Below are positions 57,998 through 63,847 of a DNA stretch of 63,847 nucleotides, piece by piece. The stretch is from positions 1 through 63,847 of the IMG/VR virus record IMGVR_UViG_3300025608_000522; one strand, 5' to 3'. Position 1 is the stretch's first letter; each line of letters opens with the position of its first letter. Origin of the DNA: a virus (taxonomy: Duplodnaviria > Caudoviricetes). A model generated the notes under the pieces. That model was not told where the DNA came from. It searched no databases and was given only the letters and a program-made list of their open reading frames with translations. The position numbers and the translations under genes are program-made.

Positions 57998-58726
57998 TTA
58001 CTTACTCTGTGCAGGTAAGATATAATCATATTTTACCATACCTGAATCAACACTAATCTTCATAGCACCTTGATCTGAAATGCTCATAGTCAAGTCACCG
58101 TCTAAGTTTAGAATAGCTTGTACTTGTGCTACAGGCCAACTCCATGTGTGCTGTAGTGTACCTTCTACGCCTGCTTCGAATACAAACTCACCTGCATGTG
58201 TACTTGCATCACCAAACGAGAATACCAAGTTACCATTCTTTGTACTTACATTAAAAGTAGGCTCTTCCGAATGTGCCGCACTCATCAACTTCATACGTGC
58301 AATTGCTGCCATGCTTGGAGTAAACTCTACGTTCCAGCTAGCACCTTTAAACTTAACAGTCTTTAGTTTTTCTTCGATGATTGCTTTGTTCATAAAGCGA
58401 TAATCATTTTCGAAGTCACCAGCAGCGTTCTCAAAGTGAATGTGTGTTGGAATAGTTTCGCCGTTACGCTCTGCTTGCACAACATCAATCTTTGCGTTAT
58501 CTTTGTACTCTGGATTTTTCAAGTGCAATGCAAGTTTGTCTAGGTTAGGCATACCAAACGTGCCTACAAACTCGTTTACAGGGTTGTGTGTTTCTGCTGA
58601 CAAAATCACACTACGATCTTCTGCCATTGCATCGATTGCTGTTCCATCTTCATTAGTAACCTTTACTAATGACAGGAAGCCTAGTGCGTGAGTATGTGCT
58701 ACTACGTCTTGTAAGATGTCTTTCAT
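57998..58726 (-). CDS. Probable DNA polymerase sliding clamp/processivity factor
   Basis: 242 aa with a clamp-like alpha/beta pattern ending YDYILPA; strong promoter; replication context. Fold is inferred only. Confidence 0.5.
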   Translation of the reverse strand: MKDILQDVVAHTHALGFLSLVKVTNEDGTAIDAMAEDRSVILSAETHNPVNEFVGTFGMPNLDKLALHLKNPEYKDNAKIDVVQAERNGETIPTHIHFENAAGDFENDYRFMNKAIIEEKLKTVKFKGASWNVEFTPSMAAIARMKLMSAAHSEEPTFNVSTKNGNLVFSFGDASTHAGEFVFEAGVEGTLQHTWSWPVAQVQAILNLDGDLTMSISDQGAMKISVDSGMVKYDYILPAQSK

Positions 58727-59511
58727 TCTATTGTTTCTCCATTGAATAAGTTTATTATATTGCCTAAGTTGTTGTTTGTCAAGAACTTTTCTACCGAGTA
58801 TTTAGGTTCAAAGCCAAGTGCCTTCATTTTTTCTGTGTTAGCACATGTCCAACTTCTTTCTCCCGGGGTATTTAGACGAACCGGTAGATCCGGCGCCAAG
58901 TCTTGGATCCTAACAGGATGCCCCGTACCAATGTCAATTGTACCATTGACATGTTCTTTTGCTATCAGTATTTCGATTGCATCTAGAATATCTTCTAAGT
59001 GAATAAAATCTCTATAGTGTCTAGTTGTGTATTCTAGTGTACCGTTGCGCAGTCGATTGAAAAACATGTTTGCTCTAGGACAACTATCCGAATATACTGT
59101 GTGAAAGCGCATACCTAGTGTGTCTGGATAGCGTTCTGCAAGTTCTTCCAGCACGTACTTAGACGCCGCATAAGGGTTCAAATCGGGCTCGTAAGCACTC
59201 GAACTGCTGGCATACAGTATACGTGTGTCAGGATAGCGTTCAAACAGTCTACGACTTGCTTCTACGTTGTTGTTCCAATAGCCCGCGGGATCTTTTAAAC
59301 TTTCACGTACACCGCTCTTTCCTGCCAAGTGTATGATTAAATCATATTCATTTGGGAAGTCACAGTCTAGTAGGTTTTGACTATTGTTTAAACGGTCTCT
59401 ATCCCATCCTGCTTCAATGTCAATACCGTGTACAGTGTGTCCTGCACGTACAAGTCTGTTAAACAATGCACTGCCGATAAATCCTTTGTGTCCTGTTAGT
59501 AGAATGTTCAC
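58723..59511 (-). CDS. NAD-dependent epimerase/dehydratase (extended SDR)
   Basis: LTGHKGFIG, HLAG, ASSSS, YAASK, RDFIH; GTG start at 59511. Confidence 0.9.
   Translation of the reverse strand: MNILLTGHKGFIGSALFNRLVRAGHTVHGIDIEAGWDRDRLNNSQNLLDCDFPNEYDLIIHLAGKSGVRESLKDPAGYWNNNVEASRRLFERYPDTRILYASSSSAYEPDLNPYAASKYVLEELAERYPDTLGMRFHTVYSDSCPRANMFFNRLRNGTLEYTTRHYRDFIHLEDILDAIEILIAKEHVNGTIDIGTGHPVRIQDLAPDLPVRLNTPGERSWTCANTEKMKALGFEPKYSVEKFLTNNNLGNIINLFNGETIE
58754..58782 (-). promoter_or_regulatory. Consensus sigma70 promoter TTGACA-N17-TATAAT
   Basis: -35 at 58782-58777, -10 at 58759-58754; GGAG RBS before ATG 58726. Confidence 0.85.
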
Positions 59512-60215
59512 GATGCTACTCCTTGTTCTTGTAGCCAACTCAACCATTCCCAAGTGTTCTGCCAGTCTCTTACATGTCTAGGATACTTCACAAGTTGTGC
59601 TAGTGGATAGTCGTTGCCGCCTTCGTCCATTCTATCACCAAAGAAATAGATGTTGTCATCTTTGTTGAAGTCGCCAAGTATTTGTGATTTGTCTCTGCCT
59701 TTGGGGACAATGTCAATACCAGTTTCGCCACCTACTGTTGCTTGTAGCTCTGGAAATAGCAAATTAAAGTTGTGTGCAATATAAACTCGTTCGTCTGTGT
59801 ATTCGTCGTAAGCAACATAATCTTTTCGTTGTTCTGTTGTAGCATTACGTCCTACAACACTAAAGTTACACATGCCAGGACGATGTTCAAAGTGCAAGCC
59901 TGTGCGAATATTATAATTGCTAGCAGTAAGTTGTTCGCTTAACCATTCGTGTGCATCTTCTGGAAGTTTCCAGTTCGAACTGTTCACACGCTTGCCTTTG
60001 AACCATGTGTCATTGCCGTTGCAGTTGTATGATGTAACAACACTTTCGCAAATGTCCTTGCCCAGTTGTTCTAGTGTTTTGGGATAGTCACTGCCAGTTA
60101 CAAGCCAACATTTGTTGTTGCGTGTAAAGTCCAAAAACCAATCATGAAACCTGGGATCAATTACACCTCTGCTAGGAGTAAGTGTGCCGTCTACATCAAA
60201 TATAAACTTATTCAT
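59508..60215 (-). CDS. HAD-IIB phosphomannomutase-like enzyme
   Basis: FDVDGTLTP, VTGSD, E.RPGM.NFS, GGETGID, FFGD...GGNDY. Confidence 0.85.
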   Translation of the reverse strand: MNKFIFDVDGTLTPSRGVIDPRFHDWFLDFTRNNKCWLVTGSDYPKTLEQLGKDICESVVTSYNCNGNDTWFKGKRVNSSNWKLPEDAHEWLSEQLTASNYNIRTGLHFEHRPGMCNFSVVGRNATTEQRKDYVAYDEYTDERVYIAHNFNLLFPELQATVGGETGIDIVPKGRDKSQILGDFNKDDNIYFFGDRMDEGGNDYPLAQLVKYPRHVRDWQNTWEWLSWLQEQGVAS

Positions 60216-60378
60216 TTTCTTGTTTTAATCTCCATTGGCAGTACGCCTCCCAGCCGTATTCGTAAAATGCATATGCAGCAACAAAGCCAACATACGGAAT
60301 AGTAAATGCCATAGTCATCATTAAATCTGCTGCCAACAATGCTGCTGGATAATCATACCATCTAATCATACTCAACAT
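60208..60378 (-). CDS. Small membrane protein
   Basis: 56 aa (MLSMIRWYDYPAALLAADL...), hand-translated, hydrophobic. Confidence 0.5.
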   Translation of the reverse strand: MLSMIRWYDYPAALLAADLMMTMAFTIPYVGFVAAYAFYEYGWEAYCQWRLKQENE

Positions 60379-60538
60379 ACTCGCATATTGCTTCTTCGCG
60401 TCCGTTGAACTCTTTGTACAATTCTATTGCGTCTGCTACACATTCTAATTCTGTAGCGTACTCTGCATAACGAACATACTTGTAATGGTCTCTAGCATGT
60501 GTATTAACAATATAGTCTATTACAAACAGTGTCCACAT
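60362..60538 (-). CDS. Small hypothetical protein
   Basis: 58 aa (MWTLFVIDY...EAICEYVEYD), hand-translated, GAGG RBS. Confidence 0.55.
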   Translation of the reverse strand: MWTLFVIDYIVNTHARDHYKYVRYAEYATELECVADAIELYKEFNGREEAICEYVEYD

Positions 60539-60542
60539 CAGA

Positions 60543-60752
60543 TTACCTCAGATCCGGTTGATTGTCTAGCAGCCAAATACATTCGCCAATATCTTCTGGA
60601 TTAGTGAAGCCTTTACCAACTGTGCATCGCTCATAAGGATGACTCCAAGAACCAAGAGTAAGTCCTACAATAAGTGCGATAGCAATAGGAATACCATACT
60701 TGCTGGCTTGTAGAAATCCGTTTCTAAAACCTTCCCAAAATGCTTTACTCAT
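60543..60752 (-). CDS. Small membrane protein
   Basis: 69 aa, one TM segment and two Cys. Confidence 0.6.
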   Translation of the reverse strand: MSKAFWEGFRNGFLQASKYGIPIAIALIVGLTLGSWSHPYERCTVGKGFTNPEDIGECIWLLDNQPDLR

Positions 60753-60753
60753 C

Positions 60754-60933
60754 TTAGCGTTCTACTAATGGCATTGTGTTTTGACTGTCGTGATAATCGC
60801 CACTTGCATAGTAATCACGTACAGCAGTTTCTTTTACCATCGTACCGTTCTTAATACGATAGGTTACAATCTCACGCCGTACTACACCGTTTGTGTCTGC
60901 GTCAAATGCACTTTTAAATGGTCCTTCAGTCAT
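60754..60933 (-). CDS. Small hypothetical protein
   Basis: 59 aa (MTEGPFKSAFDADTNGVVRREIVTY...), GGAG RBS, hand-translated. Confidence 0.6.
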   Translation of the reverse strand: MTEGPFKSAFDADTNGVVRREIVTYRIKNGTMVKETAVRDYYASGDYHDSQNTMPLVER

Positions 60934-60934
60934 A

Positions 60935-61111
60935 TTATTCTCCTAGTCCAAAGCACGGTGTGATAACCGACATATTACATTTTCGACCATAATCTTCTGG
61001 TCCCATAATAGCGATGCTCATCAGCAATGGTACACCGACCAAAAGAAATGTAATGATTAGCATAGCCCAGCCTAGTCCTTTTAGTGTGCAATAGTTTGTT
61101 TGTTCAGCCAT
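60935..61111 (-). CDS. Small membrane protein
   Basis: 58 aa (MAEQTNYCTLKGLGWAMLII...), hand-translated, TM segment. Confidence 0.55.
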   Translation of the reverse strand: MAEQTNYCTLKGLGWAMLIITFLLVGVPLLMSIAIMGPEDYGRKCNMSVITPCFGLGE

Positions 61112-61523
61112 TGTTTTGTCTTTCTGCTACTCTAGCTCTAAGATCGCTACTACTAAAGCGATGGTCTCGTTTGTTAAAGTATAAGTCAATGTCACGTTTG
61201 CGGCAGATGTCTTTGCCTGTGAACTCCTTGTCTCTATACTCCTCTCCTAATATTCTAACATCAATATGATACATTGTCAAGATATCTTCTAGATCTTTTT
61301 CTGTACCATATGGAATTATTTCGTCTACATAGCCAACTGCTTTGAGTTGTGTGTAGCGTTCTACAATAGTTTGCACTGGAGGATTCTTGCTGGGTCTATC
61401 CATGCTAGGATCCATCTGTAATCCACATATAAGATAATCACATTGTTCTTTAGCTTCGCGCAACATTTGTACATGTCCTGCGTGTAGTAAATCAAATGTG
61501 CTACAGGTAAATCCTACTCTCAT
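61104..61523 (-). CDS. tagD: Glycerol-3-phosphate cytidylyltransferase-like (HxGH) nucleotidyltransferase
   Basis: FDLLHAGH, CDYLICG, ER, VDEIIPY, RDHRFSSS. Confidence 0.8.
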   Translation of the reverse strand: MRVGFTCSTFDLLHAGHVQMLREAKEQCDYLICGLQMDPSMDRPSKNPPVQTIVERYTQLKAVGYVDEIIPYGTEKDLEDILTMYHIDVRILGEEYRDKEFTGKDICRKRDIDLYFNKRDHRFSSSDLRARVAERQNNG

Positions 61524-61630
61524 TCTTGCATCCTTGCTGCTAACTGTTTTAACATTTCGATCAATTCTTCAATAGTATTTAGATCGTGATCGTTTTCTGT
61601 ATCAATTTCTACTTCTACCTTTATTTTCAT
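61520..61630 (-). CDS. 36-aa small protein
   Basis: MKIKVEVEIDTENDHDLNTIEELIEMLKQLAARMQE; ATGA coupling; hand-translated. Confidence 0.5.
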   Translation of the reverse strand: MKIKVEVEIDTENDHDLNTIEELIEMLKQLAARMQE

Positions 61631-61631
61631 C

Positions 61632-63847
61632 TCAGTCTCCAAAGTCAAACAAACTGTTGAATGTAGTATGCTGTTTAGTATCCTCTAGTGGATAGTCCAG
61701 CACACCGATCAAGTTGTCTAACTTATTATCAATAATAGTTTCTGCCATTGCCGCATCATCAAATGGCAACTCTTTAAACCACTCTGGCAAACGCAATTCA
61801 TCTGTAGGATACGCTACACTTGTATAGCCCAGAGGGTTCTGTTTCAGTTTACAAACGATAACTTTCATACCGTCTACAATCTCTTGCGAATATTTGTCGC
61901 CATTCATGCGTTTGAGTGTGTTCCAGTTAATACTTGCTCTTACGTGTCCAGGCATGTTTGCTTTGCCTTGTTTTTGCTCAAGACGCTGATAGTGTCCAAT
62001 CTTGTTTGCACGTTTGGGCGAACCTTTTTCCCAACCCGGCATTTCTTGGAACTCTTTGCGGAACTGTGTAATACGCTCTAGTACATCTGCCTGCGGCACA
62101 TCAGTAAGTACCATTAGCAATAGTTCTTTCAAGAAGTCTTGCATGAACACAGGAGTGTCTGAACGTCTCAAGTCTAAGCCCATTGCTTTTACTTTGCCTG
62201 GCTTGCCGTCTGTGTCTGTTCTAAAGCCTTCGTTGTCTGTTACTAATGCCGCATAACGCTTCTTAGTAATGTACAAGCCACTTCGTGCTACAATCTCTCT
62301 ACCTGCGGCAATAACATCGCTTCGTGTCTTAGGACAATGAAACGCTCTTGCCATAAAGTCACCAAACGTAGTGTTTGCTTGCTCACAGATTTGATCATAC
62401 AAGCCGATAGCTTTTTCAGGTGTCCACTCCAGCTTGCCACTTTCAATGTCGTCCTTTAGAATAGGCCATGCACTAAAGTATACAGAGTCGGTATCACCGT
62501 AAATAACAGCTTTGCCTACGTGATCGTATTCGCCTGTAATACAGTTGTTAACTTCTGCACTCATATGCTTAACAATTTGTCTACCTGTTAGCGTGGTTGA
62601 CTGTCCAATGCGTTTATCAAAGAATCTACAACCTGGATTTAGAATAGCACCATACAAACTGTTCAAGTTAATCTTCTTAACCAGCTGTCGCTTGTCCCAG
62701 TATTCAATCTCAGCATCATTCTTGGCGTCTTTGGCCTTCTTGAGCATCTTCTGCATGTCTTTACGTTCAGCGTACCAACGCTTTAGGATACCTGGAATTA
62801 CACCTTCAAACTCTGTTGTAAATATAGTACCATTAGCACTAAGCATCCAAGGCATATGTGAGTCGAATATAAGTTGATAAATCTCAGCACCCGATAGTAC
62901 ATCCGACCTACCATCTTCCCAATCAACTGTAAGTGCAACATCCTTTCGTTGATCCATAACTGCTTCGTATTCTTCTGTAGCAAATCTACCTTCCCAACTG
63001 CCTGCAAAGCTCTTTTTCTTTAGAGTCATGTCTTCGTGTACACGAGCATCACTAATCTCTGCTCGAATCTGTCCTACAATAGTTTCCGGAGCCATATTCA
63101 GCGCACGAATCACTGAAGGATACAGTGAGTTCAAGTCCATTGACGCTACCCACTTGTGCAAGCCCTTCTTAGGAAACGCAACATATGCACCTGCTGCCTG
63201 TGTGTTTTCATCATCACGTTGCTTGCGATTAGGTACCTGTAAGCCACGATTGTGTGCTTCGTTGATAATACCTTGCTCTGTAACAGCAACAGCACCCATA
63301 GTGGTCTGTAGTAGCACAGTATTTTCGTGTGCAACTGTGTTACTAAGATCAATAAAGCGCAGTTTCTTGTCTAGTTTGTCAAGTAGTGCCGTATCCTGAA
63401 TGTTGTATTCAATAAACTTGCGGAAGTCATTGTTATACAGTTGATCCAACGTACCTTCATACGGTACCTTGTTTTCACCTACTTCAATCTCACCAATTGC
63501 ATCCAGTCGATATGTATGACGTTCTTCGTATGTGTACTTGCGATACAGTTCCAAACTATCTAAGTGTACACGACCTACTAAGTCAAACGTAACAGCTTGC
63601 TTCCCGTATTTTTCGTATTCACGCTTCTTGGGCAATTGTCCCCACAAACAGAATCTACGTGTGTCGTCTTTGCTCAATACACGACTAGTACGGTTTACAG
63701 TGTATGGAATATCGTAACCTTCACTGTTCCAGCCACTTAAGATATCTGCATCTTCAATCAGTGTCAAGAAAGTGTCAATCATTTCACTTTCCTTCTCAAA
63801 CAGCATTACATTGTCGATACCTTCAAGTTCTGCTTGTGCTTGCTCCA
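61632..63847 (-). CDS. Family B DNA polymerase (gp43-like), 5' end outside the window
   Basis: GWNSEGYDIPY, YNIQD, DLNSLYPS, KKINLNSLYG, YGDTDS, KKRYA; frame stays open to the window edge. Confidence 0.95.
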   Translation of the reverse strand, partial: EQAQAELEGIDNVMLFEKESEMIDTFLTLIEDADILSGWNSEGYDIPYTVNRTSRVLSKDDTRRFCLWGQLPKKREYEKYGKQAVTFDLVGRVHLDSLELYRKYTYEERHTYRLDAIGEIEVGENKVPYEGTLDQLYNNDFRKFIEYNIQDTALLDKLDKKLRFIDLSNTVAHENTVLLQTTMGAVAVTEQGIINEAHNRGLQVPNRKQRDDENTQAAGAYVAFPKKGLHKWVASMDLNSLYPSVIRALNMAPETIVGQIRAEISDARVHEDMTLKKKSFAGSWEGRFATEEYEAVMDQRKDVALTVDWEDGRSDVLSGAEIYQLIFDSHMPWMLSANGTIFTTEFEGVIPGILKRWYAERKDMQKMLKKAKDAKNDAEIEYWDKRQLVKKINLNSLYGAILNPGCRFFDKRIGQSTTLTGRQIVKHMSAEVNNCITGEYDHVGKAVIYGDTDSVYFSAWPILKDDIESGKLEWTPEKAIGLYDQICEQANTTFGDFMARAFHCPKTRSDVIAAGREIVARSGLYITKKRYAALVTDNEGFRTDTDGKPGKVKAMGLDLRRSDTPVFMQDFLKELLLMVLTDVPQADVLERITQFRKEFQEMPGWEKGSPKRANKIGHYQRLEQKQGKANMPGHVRASINWNTLKRMNGDKYSQEIVDGMKVIVCKLKQNPLGYTSVAYPTDELRLPEWFKELPFDDAAMAETIIDNKLDNLIGVLDYPLEDTKQHTTFNSLFDFGD

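Noticed and set aside
61632-63847. Possible intein or intron in the DNA polymerase
   Set aside because: Polymerase motifs are contiguous with normal spacing; no splice or homing-endonuclease motifs in the visible part
1-63847. Stop-codon reassignment, as in some jumbo phages
   Set aside because: Genes tile densely in the standard code, and TAA, TGA and TAG all end genes at sensible positions
1-63847. CRISPR array, tRNAs, or a preQ1 riboswitch before folE
   Set aside because: No regularly spaced repeats or cloverleafs seen; intergenic gaps are short; the folE leader (50265-50320) did not show a recognisable preQ1 aptamer by eye. tRNAscan/Infernal would be decisive

Overview
A 63.8-kb segment of a large (jumbo-type, T4-distant) tailed dsDNA phage genome in the standard genetic code, with three zones. 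(1) 1-11.8 kb, + strand: virion structural genes (3' part of a very large baseplate-type protein, a small baseplate protein, three fibre proteins sharing an N-terminal module). (2) 11.9-41.4 kb: a ~29-kb, mostly AT-rich, mosaic tailoring-enzyme island. It holds glycosyltransferase-like paralogue pairs, 8 radical-SAM enzymes (2 B12-dependent), about 6 Fe(II)/2OG-type oxygenases, a NodU/CmcH carbamoyltransferase, a DegT aminotransferase, a second PLP enzyme, a fatty-acid desaturase, a nitroreductase, a QueC-like protein, hydrolases and methyltransferases, and is closed by another fibre gene. (3) 41.4-63.8 kb, - strand: replication and DNA-modification arm with a MoxR AAA+/VWA pair, RNase H, QueE, FolE, HIT, PRTase, a GT-B glycosyltransferase, a QueD-like T-fold protein (LxxxHRHxF), a TGT/DpdA-like transglycosylase, a methyltransferase, a probable clamp, an SDR epimerase, a PMM-like HAD enzyme, a cytidylyltransferase and family-B DNA polymerase. 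The two best candidates for undescribed systems are (a) a 7-deazaguanine DNA-modification locus interleaved with a nucleotide-sugar pathway and a glycosyltransferase, suggesting a glycosylated base, and (b) the late-promoter-linked radical-SAM/oxygenase/amino-sugar island bracketed by fibre genes, suggesting virion or cell-surface decoration. All product calls come from motif recognition by eye; no searches were run. No tRNA, rRNA or CRISPR array was recognised.
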